A stretch of DNA of 64,000 nt from Eledone cirrhosa (Eukaryota). Below are positions 25,579 through 39,200 of the stretch, one piece after another. The notes under the pieces are model-generated. The model saw only the letters and a list, made by a program, of their open reading frames with translations, made no database searches and was not told where the DNA came from. Position 1 is the stretch's first letter, and the number at the start of each line of letters is the position of its first letter. The stretch covers positions 12,710,001 to 12,774,000 of the forward strand of contig OZ024759.1 of the NCBI GenBank assembly GCA_964016885.1, written 5' to 3'. A program made the translations under genes and the position numbers.

Positions 25579-26116
25579 CTGGAATTACCTTCATTGTACC
25601 CACGGTTGATCACCATGGAAACACTATGATAAATGATTCTCTTATCGAGTCAAAAAGCATTGCGTGTTGACATAGTCTTCGATTTCCTTAACTGTTTCAT
25701 TCAATTATATTAAAAAAAACATTTCGTAAGCATCCGGTGATGCTGACTAGTTCCCCCTTTTGGGTAGTGTTTTCGATGCTCAAAGAGTGGGATTGGTCGA
25801 GTGCAAGGCCTTTCCCCACTTTAAAAACCTTCAAAGCACAGGCATTGCTTGTTCAGGGTATGTTACAGGTTTGTGTGGCTGGCCGTAGCCAGACTCTATA
25901 ATCTGACAAGCGATTGCAATACTCTTAGCAGCCATCATATATATATATATATATATACATATATTACAAAGGAAATGTGGTAAGGAACCAGGTGGACCAT
26001 AACGCACGAAAGTACTCAATACTTAGGGTAGTAGAGTGTTAGGGTAGTAGGGTTAGGGTTTGTCTAGAATTAGCCATCGAAACGGCTTGAGCTCAGCCGC
26101 CGGGGTCCTACTCGTT

Positions 26117-26176
<60 letters not shown>

Positions 26177-26262
26177 TGTAAAAGGTAAACAGAATAACAA
26201 CACAATCGGAACAGTATATGGAAGGTATATATTAGGTTAACGCTTGATATAGCAGGAAGAGG

Positions 26263-26300
26263 GTCTTAACGTTTTGGGCGCTAGTCCTTCATCAGAAGAA
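26263..26300 (-). ncRNA. Degenerate minimal hammerhead motif (Penelope-like repeat)
   Basis: Minus strand TCTT-CTGATGA-AGGACTAGCGCCC-AAAA-CGTT-AAGA; GAAA mutated to AAAA; palindromic ACGT stem III; stem I TCTT/AAGA. Confidence 0.4.
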
Positions 26301-26489
26301 AGAATGAGAAATAAAATAGATTGAGGGGACGGGCGGGTTGGAATTGGAAAAAATGTCTTTAGATAAAAATAACAGGTCCATTCATGTAGAGAGAGAGAGA
26401 GAGAGAGGGTAATATTAATGAGAGTAAATTTTAGTCATTTACTAGGTGTATTTTAGTTGAATGCAATGATAAGATCAAGCAGTCTGTTT

Positions 26490-26582
26490 ATAGTTACGAT
26501 GTGCTTAGAGACCAAAAGTCGAAGGCATTGAATCACCGATTATATGCCTTGGTCTTTTGGTTTATAATCACATTGTAACTAT
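26490..26582. repeat. Hairpin of about 93 nt
   Basis: atagttacgatgtgcttagagaccaaaagtcgaaggcat / atgccttggtcttttggtttataatcacattgtaactat. Confidence 0.8.
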
Positions 26583-26585
26583 ATA

Positions 26586-26875
26586 TCATCATCATCATCA
26601 TCATCATTTCATTTTACGTCCGCTTTTTCCCTGCTTGCAAGGGTGGGACTTGATTTCTACAGCTGGATGCTCTTCCTAACACCAACCTCATTTACAGTGA
26701 GTGCTGGGTGCTTTTTTGCAGTGGAATGATAGGGACCCCAGTCCTATCATCTCATTTCTACAGCTCTGTAAACTGGAAATAAAGTGTCTTGCTCAAGGAA
26801 ACAACACATCACCCGGTCTGGGAATTGAACTCACAACCTTTCGATCGCAAGGCCAATGCTCTAACCACTAAGCCA
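26586..26875 (-). mobile_element. SINE family 1, internally deleted
   Basis: Reverse complement of 24908-25247 with gaps. Confidence 0.85.
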
Positions 26876-27685
26876 TATATATATATATGTATATGTAATT
26901 GAAAATATAATATATATATATAACAGAAAAAAACGAGGAAATTTTGTTTATTTATAAAAGGTATTTACGTGTGTCTCGTAGAGGATTGGTTCAAGGTCAG
27001 CCAGAGGAGTTAAGGACATAATTCCAATATCGATCTGCTCCTCAGACTAGCGATGTGACAATAAAATATATATATATGGTCTTTGAGCTGTCCTGTTTTA
27101 TATATTGGGCTATAGACTAACTTATCTGGTAGAGCTAAAAATAGCACAGTTGAAAGTACATTTAATAAACTTTTAAATATCTTGATTGTGAAGTTGTGTG
27201 GCTTAGTGGTTAGGTTGTGAGGGTACAGGATTGCCCAGCGGTGGGTTCAATTCCTGGACCAAGTACAGCATTGTTTCCTTGAGTAAGACACTTTATTTCA
27301 CACTGATGGTATTCTGTCTAAAGGGAAGTCTTGTACTCTGTCACTTAATACCTGTAAAACAATGGTAAGCTTTGTCCTGAGATGGACTGGTATCTTGTCC
27401 AGGGGAAAGTCTGTACTTTCACTCACTTAACACTATTGAAACTAAGATAAGCTGTGTACTGATCTGCCTCTGAGGCTTGGGACAGACTTGTGGAGGCGCG
27501 TGGCCTAGTGGTAAGGGTGTTTGACTTATAATCATAATTTTGTGGGTTTGATTTATATATATATAAATATATCATCATCATCATCATTTTATGTCCGCTT
27601 TTCCCTACTTGCAAGGGTGGGACGGGAACTGATTCTGGCTTGATTTCTACAGCTGGATGCCCTTCCTAACACCAACCTCATTTAC

Positions 27686-29125
27686 AACTGCTACAAAGGT
27701 AAAGGTGATGCACTAGATAGAGGTATAAAGCTGATGGACCAGGTCATGAAAGTAACAGAAAGAGTTATAGCACAGTTGATTAGGTACCGGGTGAAACTAG
27801 ATGAGATGCAATTTGGGTTTGTACCAGGAAGAGGCACCACTGATGCCCTCTTCCTTGTGAGGCAGTTACAGGAAAAGTACCTAGCTAAAAGTAAACCACT
27901 CTACCTGGCATTCGTCAATCTCGAGAAAGCCTTTGACAGAGTTCCCCGTGCTGTAATCTGGTGGTCTCTTAGAAAACTAGGAGTAGCTGAATGGCTTGTG
28001 AAAGCTGTACAAGCCATGTATAGGGGAGCAGTCAGCAAAGTTAGGATTTAGCGTACAGGTTGGTGTCCACCAGGGCTCTGTTCTTAGCTCTCTCCTGTTC
28101 ATCATAGTCCTGCAGGCAATAACGGAGGAGTTTAAGACCGAATGCCCATGGGAACTCCTGTATACAGATGACCTCGCACTTATAGCTGAATCTATGGTAG
28201 AACTAGAGAAGAAATTCCAAACTTGGAAGCAGGGACTTGTAAAAAAAGGGTCTCAAAGTCAGCCTGACAAAGACTAAGGTCCTTGTAAGTAGACTAGAAA
28301 ACAGAACCCAGATCCCCCCAGGGAAATGGCCTTGCTTAGTATGTAGGAAAGGTGTAGGTAGGAACTCCATTCTCTGCCCCAAATGCAAACAATGTACACA
28401 AGAGATGTAGCGGGATCTCAGGAAGCTTAATTAAGAATGTAGGCTTCACATGTAGCAGCTGTGCTGCGACAGCAAGCAGCAAACAGCCACAGGAAACAAG
28501 TACCACCAATCTCTGGGAGGGCTCTGTAGAAACAGTAGACAGCTTCTGCTACCTAGGTGACCGAATTAGCAGCGGAGGTGGGTGTTCAGAAAGTACAATA
28601 ACTAGGGTAAGAACGGGATGGAAGAAGTTCAGGGAACTACTGCCACTGCTATCTGCAAAAGGCTTCTCCCTCAAAATGAAAGGCAGACTGTATGATGCAT
28701 GTATCCGAACAGCAATGTTACATGGGAGTGAGACCTGGGCGCTGAAGGTGGAAGACTTACGTAGATTAGAAAGAAACGAAGCCTGCATGCTCCGATGGAT
28801 GTGTAATAGTAATATACGCGAACGGCAAAGCATAAATTAATTGAGAGAAAGACTGAGCATAAGAGGAATCAAATGCTGTGTGCAGGAGAGGTGGTTGCGT
28901 TGGTATGAACATGTGATGCGTATGAAGGATGACAGCTGCATAAAAAGGTGCAGAGCACTAGAAGTCAATGGAAACCGCGGTGTGGGGAGACCCAAGAAGA
29001 CCTGGGATGAGCTGATAAAAGCCGACCTTACCCAATTACACCTCTCAGAGGCGATAACACACGACTGTGACCTCTGGCGTCACGCAGTAATACAGAGTAC
29101 CCGACCTCCCATGGGTACAAGCTGA
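27686..29125 (+). mobile_element. RTE-clade LINE reverse transcriptase fragment (frameshifted)
   Basis: QFGFVPGRGTTDA, NLEKAFDRVP, VGVHQGSVLS, LLYTDDLALIAES, YLGD, GSETW, GRPKKTW; deletions and frameshifts. Confidence 0.93.
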
Positions 29126-29144
29126 AGCATATAGACAATATGCC

Positions 29145-29420
29145 CCCACACCCTCCCACTGCAAAGTGGTCATGCCACGGCAAAAAAGCACCCAGCCCAC
29201 ACTGTAAAGTGGACGTGTAGGCGCCACGGCAAAAAAGCACGCAGCACTCACTGTAAATGAGGTTGGTGTTAGGAAGGGCATCCAGCTGTAGAAATCAAGC
29301 CAAAGTCAGTTCCTGTATGAGCAAGGCATGGTCAGCCGACCAGACACTGCCCACGACAGGACAACCCATCTAACCCATGCTAGCATGGAAGAACGGACGT
29401 AAAACGGTGATGATGATGAT
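29145..29420 (+). mobile_element. SINE family 1 3' part
   Basis: aggaagggcatccagctgtagaaatc...ccatgctagcatggaagaacggacgtaaaacggtgatgatgat. Confidence 0.85.
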
Positions 29421-29435
29421 CATTTCTCTATTTTC

Positions 29436-29437
<2 letters not shown>

Positions 29438-29474
<37 letters not shown>

Positions 29475-29517
29475 CAAAAGTTTTATTTAAAATTGTTGGG
29501 TTACAACGAGTAAATAT

Positions 29518-29567
<50 letters not shown>

Positions 29568-30155
29568 TATGCATGTATATAATATGTATGTATATATATA
29601 TATATATATGTATGTGTATATATATATATATGTATGTGTATATATGTGTATATATATATATATGTATGTGTATATATGTATATATATATGTATATATATG
29701 TATGTGTATATATGTATATATATATGTATATATATGTATGTATGTATATATATCTATATATGTATGTATGTATGTATATATATCTATGTATAAATGTACG
29801 TATTTATGTGTATATATATATGTATGTATATATATATATATATTTATTTATATGTATATATATATATATATTTATTTATATGTATGTATATATATATATA
29901 TGTATGTGTATATGTTTGTATGTGTATATATATATATGTGTATATATATATATGTATGTATGTAGATATGTATGTATATATTTGTATATATATATATATA
30001 TATAAATGTGTATGTATGTGTATATACATGTATATATATATATGTATGTGTATATACATGTATATATATATATGTATGTGTATATACATGTATATACATA
30101 TGTATATTAATATATATGTATGTATAGATATATATATATATGTATATATATATAT
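29438..30155. repeat. (TA)n/(TATG)n microsatellite
   Basis: Low-complexity purine-pyrimidine alternation. Confidence 0.95.
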
Positions 30156-30295
30156 TTGGTGATAGGAAGGGCATCCAGCTGTAGAAATCTTGCCAAACAG
30201 TTGTGTCAAAAACATGACAACCTCACTTATGTACTCGGTGGAGCGTCGACTGTATATAAAGTGAGACACAGATCCCAGGGAAACCAGTGGCTCCA

Positions 30296-33200
30296 CTACT
30301 GACGTGGTCTATGTAGACCCATCCAACCCTTAGTAACCCCCTTCAGTACTGACGTGGTCTATGTAGACCCATCCAACCCTTAGTAACCCCCTTCAGTACT
30401 GACGTGGTCTATGTAGACCCATCCAACCCTTAGTAACCCCCTTCAGTACTGACGTGGTCTATGTAGACCCATCCAACCCTTAGTAACCCCCTTCAGTACT
30501 GACGTGGTCTATGTAGACCCATCCAACCCTTAGTAACCCCCTTCAGTACTGACGTGGTCTATGTAGACCCATCCAACCCTTAGTAACCCCCTTCAGTACT
30601 GACGTGGTCTATGTAGACCCATCCAACCCTTAGTAACCCCCTTCAGTACTGACGTGGTCTATGTAGACCCATCCAACCCTTAGTAGTCCCCTTCAGTACT
30701 GACGTGGTCTATGTAGACCCATCCAACCCTTAGTAACCCCCTTCAGTACTGACGTGGTCTATGTAGACCCATCCAACCCTTAGTAACCCCCTTCAGTACT
30801 GACGTGGTCTATGTAGACCCATCCAACCCTTAGTAGTCCCCTTCAGTACTGACGTGGTCTATGTAGACCCATCCAACCCTTAGTAACCCCCTTCAGTACT
30901 GACGTGGTCTATGTAGACCCATCCAACCCTTAGTAACCCCCTTCAGTACTGACGTGGTCTATGTAGACCCATCCAACCCTTAGTAGTCCCCTTCAGTACT
31001 GACGTGGTCTATGTAGACCCATCCAACCCTTAGTAACCCCCTTCAGTACTGACGTGGTCTATGTAGACCCATCCAACCCTTAGTAACCCCCTTCAGTACT
31101 GACGTGGTCTATGTAGACCCATCCAACCCTTAGTAGTCCCCTTCAGTACTGACGTGGTCTATGTAGACCCATCCAACCCTTAGTAACCCCCTTCAGTACT
31201 GACGTGGTCTATGTAGACCCATCCAACCCTTAGTAGTCCCCTTCAGTACTGACGTGGTCTATGTAGACCCATCCAACCCTTAGTAACCCCCTTCAGTACT
31301 GACGTGGTCTATGTAGACCCATCCAACCCTTAGTAACCCCCCTTCAGGACTGACGTGGTCTATGTAGACCCATCCAACCCTTAGTAACCCCCTTCAGGAC
31401 TGACGTGGTCTATGTAGACCCATCCAACCCTTAGTAACCCCCTTCAGTACTGACGTGGTCTATGTAGACCCATCCAACCCTTAGTAACCCCCTTCAGTAC
31501 TGACGTGGTCTATGTAGACCCATCCAACCCTTAGTAACCCCCTTCAGGACTGACGTGGTCTATGTAGACCCATCCAACCCTTAGTAACCCCCTTCAGTAC
31601 TGACGTGGTCTATGTAGACCCATCCAACCCTTAGTAACCCCCTTCAGGACTGACGTGGTCTATGTAGACCCATCCAACCCTTAGTAACCCCCCCTTCACT
31701 ACTGACATGGTCTATGTAGACCCATCCAACCCTTAGTAACCCCCTTCAGTACTGACGTGGTCTATGTAGACCCATCCAACCCTTAGTAACCCCCCCTTCA
31801 CTACTGACATGGTCTATGTAGACCCATCCAACCCTTAGTAGTCCCCCCTTCAGTACTGACGTGGTCTATGTAGACCCATGTAACCCTTAGTAACCCCCTT
31901 CAGTACTGACGTGGTCTATGTAGACCCATCCAACCCTTAGTAACCCCCTTCAGTACTGACGTGGTCTATGTAGACCCATCCAACCCTTAGTAACCCCCTT
32001 CAGTACTGACGTGGTCTATGTAGACCCATCCAACCCTTAGTAACCCCCTTCAGTACTGACGTGGTCTATGTAGACCCATGTAACCCTTAGTAACCCCCCT
32101 TCAGTACTGACGTGGTCTATGTAGACTCATCCAACCCTTAGTAACCCCCTTCAGTACTGACGTGGTCTATGTAGACCCATCCAACCCTTAGTAACCCCCT
32201 TCAGTACTGACGTGGTCTATGTAGACCCATCCAACCCTTAGTAGTCCCCTTCAGTACTGACGTGGTCTATGTAGACCCATCCAACCCTTAGTAACCCCCC
32301 CTTCAGTACTGACGTGGTCTATGTAGACCCATCCAAACCTTAGTAACCCCCTTCAGTACTGACGTGGTCTATGTAGACCCATCCAACCCTTAGTAACCCC
32401 CCCTTCAGTACTGACGTGGTCTATGTAGACCCATCCAAACCTTAGTAACCCCCTTCAGTACTGACGTGGTCTATGTAGACCCATCCAACCCTTAGTAACC
32501 CCCTTCAGTACTGACGTGGTCTATGTAGACCCATCCAACCCTTAGTAGTCCCCTTCAGTACTGACGTGGTCTATGTAGACCCATCCAACCCTTAGTAACC
32601 CCCTTCAGTACTGATGTGGTCTATGTAGACCCATCCAACCCTTAGTAACCCCCCCTTCAGTACTGACGTGGTCTATGTAGACCCATGTAACCCTTAGTAA
32701 CCCCCTTCAGTACTGACGTGGTCTATGTAGACCCATGTAACCCTTAGTAACCCCCTTCAGTACTGATGTGGTCTATGTAGACCCATCCAACCCTTAGTAA
32801 CCCCCTTCAGTACTGACGTGGTCTATGTAGACCCATCCAACCCTCAGTAACCCCCTTCAGGACTGACGTGGTCTATGTAGACCCATCCAACCCTTAGTAA
32901 CCCCCTTCAGTACTGACGTGGTCTATGTAGACCCATCCAACCCTTAGTAGCCCCCTTCAGTACTGACGTGGTCTATGTAGACCCATCCAACCCTTAGTAA
33001 CCCCCTTCAGGACTGACGTGGTCTATGTAGACCCATCCAACCCTTAGTAACCCCCTTCAGGACTGACGTGGTCTATGTAGACCCATCCAACCCTTAGTAA
33101 CCCCCTTCAGTACTGACGTGGTCTATGTAGACCCATCCAACCCTTAGTAACCCCCTTCAGTACTGATGTGGTCTATGTAGACCCATCCAACCCTTAGTAG

Positions 33201-36200
33201 CCCCCTTCAGTACTGACGTGGTCTATGTAGACCCATCCAACCCTTAGTAGCCCCCTTCAGTACTGACGTGGTCTATGTAGACCCATCCAACCCTTAGTAA
33301 CCCCCCCTTCAGTACTGACGTGGTCTATGTAGACCCATCCAACCCTTAGTAGCCCCCTTCAGTACTGACGTGGTCTATGTAGACCCATGTAACCCTTAGT
33401 AACCCCCTTCAGTACTGACGTGGTCTATGTAGACCCATCCAACCCTTAGTAACCCCCTTCAGTACTGACGTGGTCTATGTAGACCCATCCAACCCTTAGT
33501 AACCCCCCCTTCAGTACTGACGTGGTCTATGTAGACCCATCCAACCCTTAGTAGCCCCCTTCAGTACTGACGTGGTCTATGTAGACCCATCCAACCCTTA
33601 GTAGTCCCCTTCAGTACTGACGTGGTCTATGTAGACCCATCCAACCCTTAGTAACCCCCCCTTCAGTACTGACGTGGTCTATGTAGACCCATCCAACCCT
33701 TTGTAGTCCCCTTCAGTACTGATGTGGTCTATGTAGACCCATCCAACCCTTAGTAACCCCCTTCAGTACTGACGTGGTCTATGTAGACCCATCCAACCCT
33801 TAGTAACCCCCTTCAGTACTGACGTGGTCTATGTAGACCCATGTAACCCTTAGTAACCCCCTTCAGTACTGACGTGGTCTATGTAGACCCATCCAACCCT
33901 TAGTAACCCCCTTCAGTACTGACGTGGTCTATGTAGACCCATCCAACCCTTAGTAGTCCCCTTCAGTACTGATGTGGTCTATGTAGACCCATGTAACCCT
34001 TAGTAACCCCCTTCAGTACTGATGTGGTCTATGTAGACCCATCCAACCCTTAGTAACCCCCCCTTCAGTACTGACGTGGTCTATGTAGACCCATCCAACC
34101 CTTAGTAACCCCCCCTTCAGTACTGACGTGGTCTATGTAGACCCATCCAACCCTTAGTAACCCCCCCTTCAGTACTGACGTGGTCTATGTAGACCCATCC
34201 AACCCTTAGTAACCCCCCCTTCAGTACTGACGTGGTCTATGTAGACCCATCCAACCCTTAGTAACCCCCCCTTCAGTACTGACGTGGTCTATGTAGACCC
34301 ATCCAACCCTTAGTAACCCCCCCTTCAGTACTGACGTGGTCTATGTAGACCCATCCAACCCTTAGTAACCCCCCCTTCAGTACTGACGTGGTCTATGTAG
34401 ACCCATCCAACCCTTAGTAGTCCCCTTCAGTACTGACGTGGTCTATGTAGACCCATCCAACCCTTAGTAGTCCCCTTCAGTACTGACGTGGTCTATGTAG
34501 ACCCATGTAACCCTTAGTAACCCCCCTTCAGTACTGATGTGGTCTATGTAGACCCATGTAACCCTTAGTAACCCCCTTCAGTACTGACGTGGTCTATGTA
34601 GACCCATGTAACCCTTAGTAACCCCCTTCAGTACTGATGTGGTCTATGTAGACCCATGTAACCCTTAGTAACCCCCTTCAGTACTGACGTGGTCTATGTA
34701 GACCCATGTAACCCTTAGTAACCCCCTTCAGTACTGATGTGGTCTATGTAGACCCATGTAACCCTTAGTAACCCCCTTCAGTACTGACGTGGTCTATGTA
34801 GACCCATCCAACCCTTAGTAACCCCCCCTTCAGTACTGACGTGGTCTATGTAGACCCATCCAACTCTTAGTAGTCCCCTTCAGTACTGACGTGGTCTATG
34901 TAGACCCATCCAACCCTTAGTAGTCCCCTTCAGTACTGACGTGGTCTATGTAGACCCATTCAACCCTTAGTAGTCCCCTTCAGTACTGACGTGGTCTATG
35001 TAGACCCATCCAACCCTTAGTAGTCCCCTTCAGTACTGACGTGGTCTATGTAGACCCATCCAACCCTTAGTAGTCCCCTTCAGTACTGACGTGGTCTATG
35101 TAGACCCATCCAACCCTTAGTAACCCCCCCTTCAGTACTGACGTGGTCTATGTAGACCCATCCAACCCTTAGTAACCCCCTTCAGTACTGACGTGGTCTA
35201 TGTAGACCCATCCAACCCTTAGTAACCCCCCCTTCAGTACTGACGTGGTCTATGTAGACCCATCCAACCCTTAGTAGTCCCCTTCAGTACTGACGTGGTC
35301 TATGTAGACCCATCCAACCCTTAGTAGTCCCCTTCAGTACTGACGTGGTCTATGTAGACCCATCCAACCCTTAGTAGTCCCCTTCAGTACTGACGTGGTC
35401 TATGTAGACCCATCCAACCCTTAGTAGTCCCCTTCAGTACTGACGTGGTCTATGTAGACCCATCCAACCCTTAGTAACCCCCTTCAGTACTGACGTGGTC
35501 TATGTAGACCCATCCAACCCTTAGTAACCCCCCCTTCAGTACTGACGTGGTCTATGTAGACCCATCCAACCCTTAGTAACCCCCCCTTCAGTACTGACGT
35601 GGTCTATGTAGACCCATCCAACCCTTAGTAACCCCCCCTTCAGTACTGACGTGGTCTATGTAGACCCATCCAACCCTTAGTAACCCCCCCTTCAGTACTG
35701 ACGTGGTCTATGTAGACCCATCCAACCCTTAGTAGTCCCCTTCAGTACTGACGTGGTCTATGTAGACCCATCCAACCCTTAGTAACCCCCCCTTCAGTAC
35801 TGACGTGGTCTATGTAGACCCATCCAACCCTTAGTAACCCCCCCTTCAGTACTGACGTGGTCTATGTAGACCCATCCAACCCTTAGTAACCCCCCCTTCA
35901 GTACTGATGTGGTCTATGTAGACCCATCCAACCCTTAGTAACCCCCTTCAGTACTGACGTGGTCTATGTAGACCCATCCAACCCTTAGTAACCCCCTTCA
36001 GTACTGACGTGGTCTATGTAGACCCATCCAACCCTTAGTAGTCCCCTTCAGTACTGACGTGGTCTATGTAGACCCATGTAACCCTTAGTAACCCCCTTCA
36101 GTACTGACGTGGTCTATGTAGACCCATCCAACCCTTAGTAACCCCCTTCAGTACTGACGTGGTCTATGTAGACCCATCCAACCCTTAGTAACCCCCCCTT

Positions 36201-39200
36201 CAGTACTGACGTGGTCTATGTAGACCCATCCAACCCTTAGTAACCCCCCCTTCAGTACTGACGTGGTCTATGTAGACCCATCCAACCCTTAGTAACCCCC
36301 TTCAGTACTGACGTGGTCTATGTAGACCCATCCAACCCTTAGTAGTCCCCTTCAGTACTGACGTGGTCTATGTAGACCCATCCAACCCTTAGTAACCCCC
36401 CCTTCAGTACTGACGTGGTCTATGTAGACCCATGTAACCCTTAGTAACCCCCTTCAGTACTGACGTGGTCTATGTAGACCCATCCAACCCTTAGTAACCC
36501 CCTTCAGTACTGATGTGGTCTATGTAGACCCATCCAACCCTTAGTAACCCCCCCTTCAGTACTGACGTGGTCTATGTAGACCCATCCAACCCTTAGTAAC
36601 CCCCTTCAGTACTGACGTGGTCTATGTAGACCCATCCAACCCTTAGTAACCCCCTTCAGTACTGACGTGGTCTATGTAGACCCATCCAACCCTTAGTAAC
36701 CCCCTTCAGTACTGATGTGGTCTATGTAGACCCATCCAACCCTTAGTAACCCCCCCTTCAGTACTGACGTGGTCTATGTAGACCCATCCAACCCTTAGTA
36801 ACCCCCCCTTCAGTACTGACGTGGTCTATGTAGACCCATCCAACCCTTAGTAGTCCCCTTCCGTACTGACGTGGTCTATGTAGACCCATCCAACCCTTAG
36901 TAGTCCCCTTCAGTACTGACGTGGTCTATGTAGACTCATCCAACCCTTAGTAGTCCCCTTCAGTACTGACGTGGTCTATGTAGACCCATCCAACCCTTAG
37001 TAACCCCCTTCAGTACTGACGTGGTCTATGTAGACCCATCCAACCCTTAGTAACCCCCTTCAGTACTGACGTGGTCTATGTAGACTCATCCAACCCTTAG
37101 TAGTCCCCTTCAGTACTGACGTGGTCTATGTAGACCCATCCAACCCTTAGTAACCCCCCCTTCAGTACTGACGTGGTCTATGTAGACCCATGTAACCCTT
37201 AGTAACCCCCCCTTCAGTACTGACGTGGTCTATGTAGACCCATCCAACCCTTAGTAACCCCCCCTTCAGTACTGACGTGGTCTATGTAGACCCATGTAAC
37301 CCTTAGTAACCCCCCCTTCAGTACTGACGTGGTCTATGTAGACCCATCCAACCCTTAGTAACCCCCCCTTCAGTACTGACGTGGTCTATGTAGACCCATG
37401 TAACCCTTAGTAACCCCCCCTTCAGTACTGACGTGGTCTATGTAGACTCATCCAACCCTTAGTAACCCCCTTCAGTACTGACGTGGTCTATGTAGACTCA
37501 TCCAACCCTTAGTAACCCCCCCTTCAGTACTGACGTGGTCTATGTAGACCCATCCAACCCTTAGTAGTCCCCTTCAGTACTGACGTGGTCTATGTAGACC
37601 CATCCAACCCTTAGTAACCCCCCCCTTCAGTACTGATGTGGTCTATGTAGACCCATCCAACCCTTAGTAACCCCCCCTTCAGTACTGACGTGGTCTATGT
37701 AGACCCATCCAACCCTTAGTAACCCCCTTCAGTACTGACGTGGTCTATGTAGACCCATCCAACCCTTAGTAACCCCCTTCAGTACTGACGTGGTCTATGT
37801 AGACCCATCCAACCCTTAGTAACCCCCCCTCCACTACTGATGTGGTCTATGTAGACCCATCCAACCCTTAGTAACCCCCCCTCCACTACTGACGTGGTCT
37901 ATGTAGACCCATCCAACCCTTAGTAACCCCCCCTTCAGTACTGACGTGGTCTATGTAGACCCATCCAACCCTTAGTAACCCCCCCTCCACTACTGACGTG
38001 GTCTATGTAGACCCATCCAACCCTTAGTAACCCCCCCTTCAGTACTGACGTGGTCTATGTAGACCCATCCAACCCTTAGTAGTCCCCTTCAGTACTGACG
38101 TGGTCTATGTAGACCCATCCAACCCTTAGTAGTCCCCTTCAGTACTGATGTGGTCTATGTAGACCCATCCAACCCTTAGTAACCCCCCCTTCAGTACTGA
38201 CGTGGTCTATGTAGACCCATCCAACCCTTAGTAACCCCCTTCAGTACTGACGTGGTCTATGTAGACCCATCCAACCCTTAGTAGTCCCCTTCAGTACTGA
38301 TGTGGTCTATGTAGACCCATCCAACCCTTAGTAACCCCCCCTTCAGTACTGACGTGGTCTATGTAGACCCATCCAACCCTTAGTAACCCCCTTCAGTACT
38401 GACGTGGTCTATGTAGACCCATCCAACCCTTAGTAGTCCCCTTCAGTACTGATGTGGTCTATGTAGACCCATCCAACCCTTAGTAACCCCCTTCAGTACT
38501 GACGTGGTCTATGTAGACCCATGTAACCCTTAGTAACCCCCTTCAGTACTGATGTGGTCTATGTAGACCCATCCAACCCTTAGTAACCCCCCCTTCAGTA
38601 CTGACGTGGTCTATGTAGACCCATCCAACCCTTAGTAACCCCCTTCAGTACTGACGTGGTCTATGTAGACCCATCCAACCCTTAGTAGTCCCCTTCAGTA
38701 CTGATGTGGTCTATGTAGACCCATCCAACCCTTAGTAACCCCCTTCAGTACTGACGTGGTCTATGTAGACCCATGTAACCCTTAGTAACCCCCTCCACTA
38801 CTGATGTGGTCTATGTAGACCCATCCAACCCTTAGTAACCCCCCCTTCAGTACTGACGTGGTCTATGTAGACCCATCCAACCCTTAGTAACCCCCTTCAG
38901 TACTGACGTGGTCTATGTAGACCCATCCAACCCTTAGTAGTCCCCTTCAGTACTGATGTGGTCTATGTAGACCCATCCAACCCTTAGTAACCCCCTTCAG
39001 TACTGACGTGGTCTATGTAGACCCATCCAACCCTTAGTAACCCCCTTCAGTACTGACGTGGTCTATGTAGACCCATCCAACCCTTAGTAACCCCCTTCAG
39101 TACTGACGTGGTCTATGTAGACCCATCCAACCCTTAGTAGTCCCCTTCAGTACTGATGTGGTCTATGTAGACCCATCCAACCCTTAGTAGTCCCCTTCAG

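Noticed and set aside
26040-26062. Telomeric TTAGGG repeats
   Set aside because: Only 2-3 imperfect units; not a telomere or a real interstitial array
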